Below, piece after piece: positions 7,432 to 16,627 of a DNA stretch of 64,000 nt (its first letter is position 1; each line of letters starts with the position of its first letter). A program made the translations under genes and the position numbers. The stretch covers positions 465,777 to 529,776 of the forward strand of contig JAFGCJ010000002.1 in NCBI GenBank assembly GCA_016932785.1. Direction: 5' to 3'. A model generated the notes under the pieces. That model saw nothing but the letters and a program-made list of their open reading frames with translations. It ran no database searches and was not told the DNA's origin. This DNA is from Candidatus Dojkabacteria bacterium (GTDB taxonomy: Bacteria > Patescibacteriota > Dojkabacteria > SC72 > JAFGCJ01).

Positions 7432-7660
7432 GAAAATAGATTTCCACGAAATTCACACCAGTAACGCACCGGTGCAAAAACCACCTTCATTCCCCAAAAT
7501 CATTACTGATTCAGGCTTCTAGGCTGCCGCCATCGATATGACAGCGATAGTCTTGGTTCTGTGTCGGGAACTCCCGTCCGATTCTACTTGCCAGGAACGT
7601 CATTTCGAAAAAAGGCTTTCTTTCGGAGGCTCAGGGAACTTTGTAAAAATCTAATTTCCT
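7381..7660 (-). promoter_or_regulatory. structured lysS leader, candidate T-box-like or other riboswitch attenuator
   Basis: A roughly 300-nt untranslated region before lysS ends in a terminator. 'AAUGAAGGUGGU' (plus 7480-7491) resembles the T-box core, and its UGAAGG can pair with CCUUCA of the terminator 5' arm. The class is not resolved. Confidence 0.4.
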
Positions 7661-7726
7661 AATTTCACCATGCTTAAGAATCTCTTGTTTTGACTTTCAC
7701 CTATCCCTTCATCGCCTAGTATTTTT

Positions 7727-7737
7727 TGTTGTATAAT
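7727..7737 (+). promoter_or_regulatory. -10 region TGTTGTATAAT for the 7772 gene
   Basis: TATAAT at 7732-7737; same 11-mer as at 2322-2332. Confidence 0.4.
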
Positions 7738-7771
7738 GAATTTTAGCATAAGATAAGGAATACGGGCAACA

Positions 7772-8770
7772 ATGGGCATTATTTCAAAACTCACTTCAAT
7801 ACCACTAACACTTCTTTTTGTAATTATTTTCGTCATTTCATTGCCACTAACACTTGTATTTTTCCCTTTAGGACGATTCATAACTAATCCCGATAATATA
7901 AATAAAACAATCGACAACACCAACCTGGAAACATATTTTCTTGAAGAGACCGGGAACCTTATACTCGCCGACAAGATTGAGATAAATTTTCCGCTTTTAG
8001 ACTCTGATACAGACAAATATCTTGCAACTGAAGACCTGACAAACTGGGCAAAACAAGAAAGACGGAACATCGTTAATTCGTTCTACGAAGCAGTTGAGGA
8101 AAATAAAGAATTTAATTATGAACTCAAGTACAAGGGAAAGCCAAATGTCTTTATAAAGATGCTCAACTCCGTTATTGATAAAGCATATACCACTCTACCT
8201 TTTTGCGACGAATCAATGGAAGTCCCTATAGATGAATTTGAACCACTTAGCTACGGATGTAAACTAAATACCTTCTTTATTCCAGATTCACTGTTTGAGG
8301 AGAAGTTCACAACAAATACCGTCGATCTACCAGACCTGAAAATTGAGAAGGATAAGATGCAAACCCTTCACAACTATTATGTAATATTAAAGAACGCTCC
8401 AACCATTCTTGCAATTGTAACTATTGTCTCATTTTTTCTAATTCTCCTTTTATCTCCAGTGAAATCGATAACCTCGAATCTTACAGGAATATATTGTCTG
8501 ATTATGGGACTCTCTTCAATTACATTTTGGCTGTTTTTTGCAAGCCAGATTGACAAATATCTTCCACTAGATTTTTCCGCAAGCGAAGACTTTAAAAGTA
8601 TTGAAGAGCCTCTCAAAGAAATTATTGGGAGATTCGCAGTCGAACTTCTTAACCAGATGAAAGCAGACGCGCTTATCCTAGCAATTACAACAGCTGCTAT
8701 TGGTCTAATTACTATTATAGCAACAAAACTGATGACCAAGCCTGCTGAATACTCTGACATCGAGGTCTAG
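7772..8770 (+). CDS. membrane protein of unknown function
   Basis: 332-aa ORF with an N-terminal TM helix, a soluble middle region and several C-terminal TM helices. Confidence 0.5.
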   Translation: MGIISKLTSIPLTLLFVIIFVISLPLTLVFFPLGRFITNPDNINKTIDNTNLETYFLEETGNLILADKIEINFPLLDSDTDKYLATEDLTNWAKQERRNIVNSFYEAVEENKEFNYELKYKGKPNVFIKMLNSVIDKAYTTLPFCDESMEVPIDEFEPLSYGCKLNTFFIPDSLFEEKFTTNTVDLPDLKIEKDKMQTLHNYYVILKNAPTILAIVTIVSFFLILLLSPVKSITSNLTGIYCLIMGLSSITFWLFFASQIDKYLPLDFSASEDFKSIEEPLKEIIGRFAVELLNQMKADALILAITTAAIGLITIIATKLMTKPAEYSDIEV

Positions 8771-8811
8771 GATAAGAAGAAATTAAATCGAACTAACAAC
8801 CGAGAAGATAA

Positions 8812-8841
8812 TTGACACCGTGGATCTATAAAGATTATCAT
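8812..8841 (+). promoter_or_regulatory. sigma70-like promoter TTGACA-18nt-TATCAT for glyQS
   Basis: TTGACA at 8812-8817 and TATCAT at 8836-8841, about 30 nt upstream of the glyQ TTG start. Confidence 0.45.
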
Positions 8842-8870
8842 CTTAACAATATTTATTATACACACAGAAG

Positions 8871-9755
8871 TTGAAGGCACTCACATTTCAGCAAATACTA
8901 GATAAACTACAAGACTACTGGGAAGAACAGGGTTGTATAATAACCCAGCCATACGGTCTTGAAGTAGGAGCAGGTACATCAAATCCTCACACATTCTTCC
9001 GCGTTCTTGGTCCTGAGCCCTGGAAAGTCGCATACGTTGAACCGTCAAGAAGACCTGATGATAGCAGATTTGGTGAAAATCCGTACAGAATGCAGCATTA
9101 CTTCCAATTCCAGGTAATTCTTAAGCCGGCCCCACCGAACAACATTGATTTATACATGGGAAGCCTTGAGGCATTAGGAATCGAGACAGAAAAGCATGAC
9201 ATTCGTCTCGTAGAAGATAACTGGGAATCACCTTCTGTTGGAGCATGGGGACTTGGATGGGAAGTATGGCTTGATGGAATGGAAGTCTCGCAATATACAT
9301 ACTTTCAGCAGATGGGCGGACTCGATCTAGACCCTATCCCCATAGAGATAACATACGGACCGGAGAGAATAGCAATGTATCTTCAAGAAGTTGATGACTT
9401 CAAAGACATAATGTGGAATGAAAACGTAACCTACGGAGATATATTTGAAAGACAGGAATACTGGATGTCTGTTTTCAACATTGAAAAGGCTGATATCGAA
9501 AGGCATCAAACAATGTTCAAGCTTTTTCATGAGGAGGCACAAGACCAAATTGAAGAAGGTAATTATCTTGCTGCCTACGATAACCTTCTGAAGATGTCAC
9601 ACACATTTAATATTCTCGATGCTAGAGGTGCAGTAGGAATAAGCGAAAGAGCAAACACGTTTAGAAAGATGCTTCATCTATCATCTGAAATATCCTCTAA
9701 GTACCTGCAAGAAAGAAAACGACTAAATTATCCACTTATGAGCAAGAATGGCTGA
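8871..9755 (+). CDS. glyQ: glycine--tRNA ligase alpha subunit
   Basis: '[17 protein letters not shown]' and '[28 protein letters not shown]'; TTG start. Confidence 0.9.
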   Translation: MKALTFQQILDKLQDYWEEQGCIITQPYGLEVGAGTSNPHTFFRVLGPEPWKVAYVEPSRRPDDSRFGENPYRMQHYFQFQVILKPAPPNNIDLYMGSLEALGIETEKHDIRLVEDNWESPSVGAWGLGWEVWLDGMEVSQYTYFQQMGGLDLDPIPIEITYGPERIAMYLQEVDDFKDIMWNENVTYGDIFERQEYWMSVFNIEKADIERHQTMFKLFHEEAQDQIEEGNYLAAYDNLLKMSHTFNILDARGAVGISERANTFRKMLHLSSEISSKYLQERKRLNYPLMSKNG

Positions 9756-11757
9756 TTTTCTGCTTGAAATAGGAACAGAAGAACTACCCGCAAGACATTG
9801 CCAGAGTATCTTACGCCAGCTTAGCTCGTCACAGATAGACCAGCTTTCTCAAAAGCATAACCTTACATTTGATAAGCTAGAAATCTTCGTAACCCCACGA
9901 CGAATCGCTATTATTTCAAATCAAGTAAAACAATCACAAAGCAAATTAACAAAGAAGGGACCCCTCTACGATGTCGCCTTCACAAATGGAAAGCCAAATC
10001 AAATAGCACAAAAATTTGCTTCCTCAAACGGTATAAAAGTTGATAACATTGCAATCAAGGAAGAAAACGGGAGAAAATTCCTCTTCATAGAACAAGACAT
10101 CGCAGGAAACCTGAGCCAGAATATCAGAGATTTCACCAAGGATACAATCGAGAGACTTCACTTTGACAGGGCAATGAGATGGACTGAAAATACCCCACCT
10201 TTTTCCAGACCCATACGATGGTTTGTGTGTATAAACGGAAAAGATATTATGAAATTCGAACTATATGGACTGAAGTCCTCAAACATAACCTATGGGAACC
10301 GTTTCCAGAAATCACCAGAAATCAAAATTTCAAAAGCCGAAGAGTACTTAAACCTGCTTGAGAAAAACTTTGTTATTGTCGATCACCGAAAACGCAGAAA
10401 AATCATTGAGGATTCCCTTTCGGCCCTATCAAAACACGAACTCGAGAAAGCACCAGACCCCGACGACGCACTACTTAACGAGGTAGTATTTCTCGTGGAA
10501 AATCCTGTACCAATACTTTGTGAATTTGAAAAACAACTGCTCAGTCTCCCAGGAGAAGTCATTAACAGCGTTCTAAGCAAACATCAAAGATATTTTTCTC
10601 TAATAGACTCAAAAAAATCGAAGACTTCAAACAAGTTTCTAGTAATAGCCAATTTCGACAAGGATTCTCCCACCGTAAGAAAGGGAAACGAAAGGGTAAT
10701 CCTTGCACGTCTTAGGGATGCAGTATTCTTCAGCGAACAAGACCAAAAACACTCATTGAAAGACTTCATTCAAAAAACCAAAACCATAGCATTTCAGGAA
10801 AAACTAGGTTCTATGTTCGAAAAAGCTCAAAGAATAAAAACCATCGGTGTAAAACTAGCTGAAAAAATGAAAGGAGCAGACGTCAAAAAAGTTTCAGAAG
10901 CAGCAAAAATTTGCAAAGCCGATCTTGCATCGAGCATGGTAATGGAATTCACATCACTCGAAGGAATAATGGGTAGAATATATTTTAAGGAAAAAGCTAT
11001 TGAGGAACACTACAAACCCCGCTACTCTGGAGATTCTTTACCAGAAGGACCTACCGGCACAATACTTTCTCTTGCAGACAGAATAGACTCTATATACGGA
11101 CTTTTCAGTATAGGAAAAAAGCCGGAAAGAAATTCCGACCCATACGGACTCAGAAGAGAGGCAATCGGAATCGTGAGAATACTTTGGGAAAAAGAAATCC
11201 CTATAACCATAGACTATCTCATTTCTGCTGCTGAAAAAGCTCACAAAAACAAAGCCAACCAAGAAGAGGTCTCTGCTTTTATCAAATCAAGGCTTGACCA
11301 ATACCTTGAGGAATCTGAGAAATATTCGATTGACTACAACCTCCTAAAATCTGTCATCAACAATTCAGATCCTCTCCTAAGTAACAAGAAAAAACTTCTG
11401 GAAGAGGTAGTAAAAGAATCAGATTCAGGTGATCTCAAGCAACTTCTGGAATCACTGAAACGTATTTATAATATCGCGGTAAAGAATCGCTCACACACAA
11501 CCTGCACTATCAAATCCAGCAGTCTCAATGAATCAGAAAAAGCACTATTCGAGTCAGTTTCAAAGCTAGCAAAATTGCAAGACAAACGTAAGACACTACA
11601 CGACCTATTTCAATACACAGACCTTATCAATAAGTTTTTTGATGAAAACATGGTTATGTCAGAGAATACAGATGAGAGAAATCGCAGACTGGAAATTCTT
11701 AATCAGGCACATTCAGCCTTCGAAAAATACTTCAATATGGAATTTCTGCTTAGCTAG
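9748..11757 (+). CDS. glyS: glycine--tRNA ligase beta subunit
   Basis: 669-aa ORF with N-terminal '[13 protein letters not shown]'; 8-nt overlap with glyQ. Confidence 0.9.
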   Translation: MADFLLEIGTEELPARHCQSILRQLSSSQIDQLSQKHNLTFDKLEIFVTPRRIAIISNQVKQSQSKLTKKGPLYDVAFTNGKPNQIAQKFASSNGIKVDNIAIKEENGRKFLFIEQDIAGNLSQNIRDFTKDTIERLHFDRAMRWTENTPPFSRPIRWFVCINGKDIMKFELYGLKSSNITYGNRFQKSPEIKISKAEEYLNLLEKNFVIVDHRKRRKIIEDSLSALSKHELEKAPDPDDALLNEVVFLVENPVPILCEFEKQLLSLPGEVINSVLSKHQRYFSLIDSKKSKTSNKFLVIANFDKDSPTVRKGNERVILARLRDAVFFSEQDQKHSLKDFIQKTKTIAFQEKLGSMFEKAQRIKTIGVKLAEKMKGADVKKVSEAAKICKADLASSMVMEFTSLEGIMGRIYFKEKAIEEHYKPRYSGDSLPEGPTGTILSLADRIDSIYGLFSIGKKPERNSDPYGLRREAIGIVRILWEKEIPITIDYLISAAEKAHKNKANQEEVSAFIKSRLDQYLEESEKYSIDYNLLKSVINNSDPLLSNKKKLLEEVVKESDSGDLKQLLESLKRIYNIAVKNRSHTTCTIKSSSLNESEKALFESVSKLAKLQDKRKTLHDLFQYTDLINKFFDENMVMSENTDERNRRLEILNQAHSAFEKYFNMEFLLS

Positions 11758-12230
11758 CTTATTGATTCGACCTTGACCTTCTTCTTCCCAGTTGGAGTAT
11801 CTATTGAAAACTCCTCACCAATCTTTCTTCCCATCAAAGCAGACCCCAGAGGTGAGTCTTCAGGAAGCCTACCCTCTTCAGGATCTGACTCCACCGGCGA
11901 AACAACAGTAAAGTCCCTTTTCTTGCCATCAACATCAATTGTAACTTCACAGCCAACCGATACCTTATCTTTTCCAGAGGGGCATCCTTCTGATACTTCT
12001 GCTGACTCGAGAATATCCGAAAGTTCTTTAATTCTGTCCTCCATAGCCATCTTCTCCTCAAGAACTGCACTGTAAGCAGAGCTGTCATCTTGCTCACTTT
12101 CTAATCGATACTGATCGAGTTTATCTGCAAGAAGTTTTCTTCCTATAGTCCTCAACTCATCATACTCATCCTTAAGAGCTTTATATTTCTTGGGTGTCAG
12201 TTGTACTTTTTTCTTAACAGCAGCGCACAT
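11754..12230 (-). CDS. GreA-family transcript cleavage factor, divergent paralog
   Basis: 158 aa with a coiled-coil N-domain and a C-terminal FKBP-like domain ('VSVGCEVTI', 'DSPLGSALMGRKIGEEF'). The tip motif is 'SEQDDSSAY' instead of 'GDLSENAxY'. Confidence 0.75.
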   Translation of the reverse strand: MCAAVKKKVQLTPKKYKALKDEYDELRTIGRKLLADKLDQYRLESEQDDSSAYSAVLEEKMAMEDRIKELSDILESAEVSEGCPSGKDKVSVGCEVTIDVDGKKRDFTVVSPVESDPEEGRLPEDSPLGSALMGRKIGEEFSIDTPTGKKKVKVESIS

Positions 12231-12301
12231 GATTATTTATTAAAACATCAAACTCTAATAAAAATTACACAAGCTTGATTTTAAACATAAAGTGCTATAC
12301 T

Positions 12302-12952
12302 TTACAACTTTCGACTTTTGCCGTTAGATCTAGCTTTTCTCCAGCGTCGTATTTTTTCATGATCACCGGATAGGAGTATTTCGGGAACCTTCCAACCCTT
12401 AAAATCTTCAGGTCGCGTATACTGAGGATATTCTTGCTCGATACCTTCCTCATGACTCTCTTCTTCGAGAGACTCAGGATTACCCAAAACAGAAGGGACA
12501 TGCCTCAACAAAGAATCGAGTACTACTAATGCAGGAAGTTCTCCCCCGGAAAGAACATAATTCCCAATAGAGATTTGTTTATCCGTAAGATGCTCCTTCA
12601 CGCGCTCATCTACACCCTCGTAATGGCCACAAATAAGAATTATATGTTTAAGCTTGGATAACTCTTTGGACAATTCCGAGCTAAGCATCTCACCTTTTGC
12701 ACTAGTAAGAATCACCGTGGATTTCGACGACTTGAGACTCTGAAGGGCCTTGAATATAGGCTCAACCTTCATGATCATCCCTGGGCCCCCACCAAACGGC
12801 CTGTCATCTATAGTCTTATGTTTATCTGTTGTCCAACCCCTTAAGTCATGCACATTTATCTCAACGCCTTGCTTCTGGGCCAAACGGAAAATTCCTTCAG
12901 ATAAGAACGAACTTACCTGATCTGGAAAGATTGTAAGAATATCTATTTTCAT
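12302..12952 (-). CDS. trmD: tRNA (guanine37-N1)-methyltransferase
   Basis: 'DDRPFGGGPGMIMK' and 'ICGHYEGVDERV'. Confidence 0.9.
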   Translation of the reverse strand: MKIDILTIFPDQVSSFLSEGIFRLAQKQGVEINVHDLRGWTTDKHKTIDDRPFGGGPGMIMKVEPIFKALQSLKSSKSTVILTSAKGEMLSSELSKELSKLKHIILICGHYEGVDERVKEHLTDKQISIGNYVLSGGELPALVVLDSLLRHVPSVLGNPESLEEESHEEGIEQEYPQYTRPEDFKGWKVPEILLSGDHEKIRRWRKARSNGKSRKL

Positions 12953-13037
12953 TGCTGATCAAATCAGAAGACCAGTTTAACATAGGCCAGACATTTCATC
13001 TGACTAACAAAACTACTTATTACTCGGTTAACAATAC

Positions 13038-13556
13038 CTAGTAAAGCTTTATTTCAACGTTATCATCTGATATCCAGCTTGGAGCAAACTGTATCTTGAA
13101 ATCTTCTGCGTCTTCTCCGACTTCAAAGGTAATCCACCCTCTTACTTTATCCCCAGCATTAACATTTCCACTGCCAAGATCTGGATCTTTAGCCGCAAAT
13201 GAAGGATCATAGCTATAACCCTCCGAATCGTATAGGGTCCAGTCATAAACATTATAATCCAGACTCTCATCATCTGTCTGGTTCTCATATACTACTTCAA
13301 CAGCAACATATCTATTACCTTCATCAGGCTGCAAAAACTCATTTGTTTCAACGTAAGGATCCTCAATATCGGCGACCATTACAACATAGTCATCCAGCTT
13401 CACCTTATCATTTATTCCTGGTTCCTCTGACGATTCAGAGTCTGACGAGCTGTCGTCATCGGAACTATCTTTTGTTCCGTTGCAAGCCGTAAGCATAAAT
13501 CCCGCTAGACCTAGAACAATTAGAAGAACAGTAAGAGTTTTTTTACTCTTCATCAT
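13038..13556 (-). CDS. DUF4352-like lipoprotein
   Basis: Lipobox 'MLTAC', an acidic low-complexity linker, then a beta-rich domain ('GNRYVAVEVVYENQ', 'GDKVRGWITFEV'). Confidence 0.6.
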   Translation of the reverse strand: MMKSKKTLTVLLIVLGLAGFMLTACNGTKDSSDDDSSSDSESSEEPGINDKVKLDDYVVMVADIEDPYVETNEFLQPDEGNRYVAVEVVYENQTDDESLDYNVYDWTLYDSEGYSYDPSFAAKDPDLGSGNVNAGDKVRGWITFEVGEDAEDFKIQFAPSWISDDNVEIKLY

Positions 13557-13667
13557 TATAAAAATAAAAAGTTAAATTGAGATGAATTTCTTCTACTAAT
13601 ACAAGCTTAACCTATATCGGAATTATATTCAATAAAGAAGACGTATGTGCCCTTATCCATAGAGAAT

Positions 13668-13740
13668 TGCCGCTACGGGGAATCGAACCCCGGTTCTAGG
13701 ATTGAGAATCCTATGTCCTGGTCCACTAGACGATAGCGGC
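13668..13740 (-). tRNA. tRNA-Glu (anticodon CUC)
   Basis: Cloverleaf by hand: acceptor GCCGCUA/UAGCGGC, D-arm GUCU..GGAC ('UCGUCUAGUGGACCAGGACA', like E. coli tRNA-Glu), anticodon stem UAGGA/UCCUA with loop UUCUCAA, T-arm CGGGG-UUCGAUU-CCCCG; no encoded CCA. Confidence 0.9.
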
Positions 13741-13751
13741 ACACCTCATGT

Positions 13752-14399
13752 TTAATCTATCACAACAACCAAATCTCCTACTTTCAGAATATCAAACAGC
13801 TCGATTATATCAGCATTATCGTGATAGATACAACCTAAACTCCAAGGTGTACCAAGAAGCTCAGGCCTGTTAGTTCCATGCAGTGCGACATTTGTCGCAA
13901 TCCAACCATCACCAACTTTTCTATCCAGCATCATAACCCGCGGACCGTAGAAATCAGAAAAAGGTCCGTCTAATTTACTCCTCACCCTCCATATACTCTC
14001 CTCCATTGCCCTTGACTGATATTCATAGTCATCATCACACTCCTCTCCTTCGCAAGGAACACTAACCTCACCAGCTCCAGTCGATACCTTGTAGAGATTA
14101 AACAATTTACCTTCGTGTGAAAAAACATACTCTCGTTGTTCAGATATATCCACCACGACAAGATAATCACCAAATTCAAGATCTCCAAGAATCTCTTTCG
14201 CGGCATCCATTTTACCGGTATAGCTAAGAGGTTCTACCTCAAACAGCAATTCTGTATCAACAGAATTTACACTTTCATCCAGGGATAATTTCTGCTCATT
14301 CCAATCACGATCCGAATTCAGATAATATAAAACACCAGCCCCGCCAGCAAGCAGGACCAAAAAAACAATTAAAACAGCATACACACGCTTTTTCTTCAT
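13752..14399 (-). CDS. L,D-transpeptidase (YkuD domain)
   Basis: Catalytic motif 'HGTNRPELLGTPWSLGC'. The likely start is MKKKRVYAV (14399), preceding the TM helix. Confidence 0.75.
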   Translation of the reverse strand: MKKKRVYAVLIVFLVLLAGGAGVLYYLNSDRDWNEQKLSLDESVNSVDTELLFEVEPLSYTGKMDAAKEILGDLEFGDYLVVVDISEQREYVFSHEGKLFNLYKVSTGAGEVSVPCEGEECDDDYEYQSRAMEESIWRVRSKLDGPFSDFYGPRVMMLDRKVGDGWIATNVALHGTNRPELLGTPWSLGCIYHDNADIIELFDILKVGDLVVVID

Positions 14400-14632
14400 A
14401 AAATTATTATGCCACAAACACACAGAAAATCCTACAATATCGACATTTTCCTGAATTGACACATAAATTGTAAAATAGTATCATCACTACGTTAATCTAC
14501 TTTTCTGTTTTTTCTAATGGATATTGCCAACCTACAACCGAATAAGCACTACGCAGGAGGCATTATCCGCTTTTCACTCTAGTTGCCTATTTTGGGGCAA
14601 TTTTCTCCGATTTTAACTATCTTAACCGTATT

Positions 14633-15109
14633 ATGAACACAAAAAAGAAACTGGAAATGACTCAAAAAGGCCTTGAAGATTTGAGAAAGGAACTCAAGGA
14701 CCGCAAAACAAAAATTAAAAAGAAGCTTCAGGATGAGCTCGATGAAGAGATGGGCTATGGCGATCTAAGCGAGAATGCAAATTACTATAGAATCCAGGAC
14801 GAGATCGCTTCGAACGATAAACGGATCAGCGAACTCGAGGACATGATAAAAAACTCATTTGTTGTGGAGGAAAAGGAATGTTCAACAGACAATTGTTCTG
14901 TCGGTATAGGATCGACTATCAAGGTCAAAAAAGATGAAAAGGAAATTACTTACGAACTAGTAGGTGCAACAGAAGCTGATCCAACAAAAAACAAGATCTC
15001 TATAGAATCTCCTATGGGTCAAGCGTTTGTCGATAAAAAGGTAGGAGAAACCGCCACCGTCACCACCCCTATAGGCTTAGCCAAATATGATATAATAGAT
15101 ATATCATAG
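14633..15109 (+). CDS. greA: transcription elongation factor GreA
   Basis: Canonical tip 'YGDLSENANYY' and C-terminal 'ISIESPMGQAFVDKKVGE'. Confidence 0.85.
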   Translation: MNTKKKLEMTQKGLEDLRKELKDRKTKIKKKLQDELDEEMGYGDLSENANYYRIQDEIASNDKRISELEDMIKNSFVVEEKECSTDNCSVGIGSTIKVKKDEKEITYELVGATEADPTKNKISIESPMGQAFVDKKVGETATVTTPIGLAKYDIIDIS

Positions 15110-15154
15110 GATTTTACTCCTTTCTGCCCCTGATAATCTGCCCGGGTAAAATAA

Positions 15155-15856
15155 CTCGGTAAAGCAATAAAAAAGGGTAAAAAATACTCAAAAATATTCC
15201 TTGGAATCATTGCTACAGCAGTCTTCCTGCTTTTATGGCCTTTCAATAAGGTCATTACAACAATAACTGCAGCTGAATACCAGGAAAATAAGGTCCAACA
15301 TGTAGAATACACAGATTCAACACCCACCCAATCACTAATAAATACTACAAACGAGCAGGAAACGAAATATATTACGTATTTACCGAACTCAAGTACTAAT
15401 ATACCGAATGATAACCTATTTTATATTGATATTCCGAAAATATCACTCAAAAGAGATATCGAACCCGAGGTAGATCCTATAAACCCGGAAAATTATCTAC
15501 CCATAATGGAGGAAAAAATTGCACACGGAAAAGGAACCCCTACTCCAGCAATCCCCGGTGGAAACACCTACCTTTTTGCACACAGTAAGAATGAATATAA
15601 TGGCTCAACACCAGAAGGTGCATGGTTTACAAGAATAGACGAGCTCAACGAAGGAGACCTCATATACATTCATTACCATTCAAAGGACTACACTTATGTA
15701 GTACGAGATACATTTACCGTAACTCCGGAAAAGACTAACGTTTACACCGCGACTTCACCCTTCGAATATAACAGATCATTAACTCTGCAGACTTGCTACC
15801 CAAGAGGTGATATATCAGGAAGACTTATCGTTCTAGCAGAAGCCCTGACGGAATAA
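15155..15856 (+). CDS. sortase-family transpeptidase; N-terminus encoded upstream of the first ATG, no canonical start codon
   Basis: 'LFAHS' His and 'TLQTCYP' Cys motifs. The frame is open from 15155 and encodes 'KKGKKYSKIFLGIIATAVFLLLWPF' (TM anchor) and 'IDIPKISLKRDI' before Met 15506. There is no ATG/GTG/TTG in frame between 15155 and 15505. Confidence 0.6.
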   Translation, partial: LGKAIKKGKKYSKIFLGIIATAVFLLLWPFNKVITTITAAEYQENKVQHVEYTDSTPTQSLINTTNEQETKYITYLPNSSTNIPNDNLFYIDIPKISLKRDIEPEVDPINPENYLPIMEEKIAHGKGTPTPAIPGGNTYLFAHSKNEYNGSTPEGAWFTRIDELNEGDLIYIHYHSKDYTYVVRDTFTVTPEKTNVYTATSPFEYNRSLTLQTCYPRGDISGRLIVLAEALTE

Positions 15857-15859
15857 CAA

Positions 15860-16624
15860 CTACGGATGAAGCAAAGTTCCAACAACATCCTTTCCCGCAA
15901 ATACGTCCCTTATGACCGTCGGATCTCTCCCATCCATAAGATGACAGGTAACATCATTCTCATCGGCAAGTCTAGCAGCAAGGGTATCAATAGGTATATG
16001 CGCACTTGGAATATGTGTCACATCATCTATACTCTGGCCAAAAAGTTGTAGGTAATCCTTCCACGATATGTCTTTTATCGGCTTAGAAACTTTGCTCTTG
16101 GCCGGATCTTCGGAATATACAAAATCAATATTGGTTAACTTATATATTTCGTCCAGGCCTATTTTTGAAGCGAGCAAGACTGCATTGAAATCTGTACTTG
16201 CTCCATTAACAAAGCCACCACTAATTAGAAGTTGTCCGTTACCCGAAAGCCAATCTTTAAAATCTTTTCCAATCCTCTCCTCACCCTCCTTTCTGTTCTC
16301 AGCGTAAACTCCGACACCAAGAACCCTCTTATAAGCCAGGTCATCCAGAAGGGACCGGAATAACTCAGCATTGAGCCATGTTGCTGTTATACCTATCCTA
16401 TGCTGGTCTACATCACTGTCCTCTCCACAATTCAATGCAGTCTCACGATATTCACGTGAGGCATTTCCCCCTCCGACTACCAAAATGACTCTTTTGTTAT
16501 CCTTATTCCGCTCCTCAAAGAAGCCACGAATCTCCTCTGTATAACCTTTAACAAGGTTATAATCTACAACTTTTTCCTCAGAAGATATCAGAGACCCCCC
16601 AAGTTTTATTACAATATAATCCAT
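15860..16624 (-). CDS. amino-acid-kinase-fold protein, possibly archaeal-type UMP kinase
   Basis: 'IVIKLGGSLIS' and 'VILVVGGGNASREY'; fits the Asp/Glu/uridylate kinase family, but the substrate is not certain. Confidence 0.5.
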   Translation of the reverse strand: MDYIVIKLGGSLISSEEKVVDYNLVKGYTEEIRGFFEERNKDNKRVILVVGGGNASREYRETALNCGEDSDVDQHRIGITATWLNAELFRSLLDDLAYKRVLGVGVYAENRKEGEERIGKDFKDWLSGNGQLLISGGFVNGASTDFNAVLLASKIGLDEIYKLTNIDFVYSEDPAKSKVSKPIKDISWKDYLQLFGQSIDDVTHIPSAHIPIDTLAARLADENDVTCHLMDGRDPTVIRDVFAGKDVVGTLLHP

Positions 16625-16627
16625 ATC

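Noticed and set aside
7381-7660. Looked for a Lys-codon-rich leader peptide upstream of lysS, by analogy with the thrS leader.
   Set aside because: The short ORFs in the leader (31, 16 and 26 codons) contain no AAA/AAG runs, so ribosome-mediated attenuation is not supported there.
7354-7771. Considered RNase P RNA, tmRNA or SRP RNA in the long lysS upstream gap (ACAGAACC-like string, GC-richer stretch).
   Set aside because: rnpB is clearly at 32108-32556. There is no tRNA-like T-arm/acceptor or tag ORF for tmRNA, and no GNRA-AGCA domain IV signature for SRP RNA. The terminator directly before lysS fits a cis-leader better.
11754-12230. Initial reading that the divergent GreA paralog lacks the catalytic acidic pair (Gfh1-like).
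   Set aside because: An ungapped alignment anchored on the conserved Tyr shows acidic residues at both positions (E and D swapped), so loss of activity cannot be claimed.
14522-14603. Possible structured element or 21-codon ORF (MDIANLQPNKHYAGGIIRFSL) upstream of greA, with ATTGCC...GGCAAT closing pairs.
   Set aside because: The pairing is short and there is no terminator, conserved motif or codon bias to support a function. The evidence from sequence alone is insufficient.
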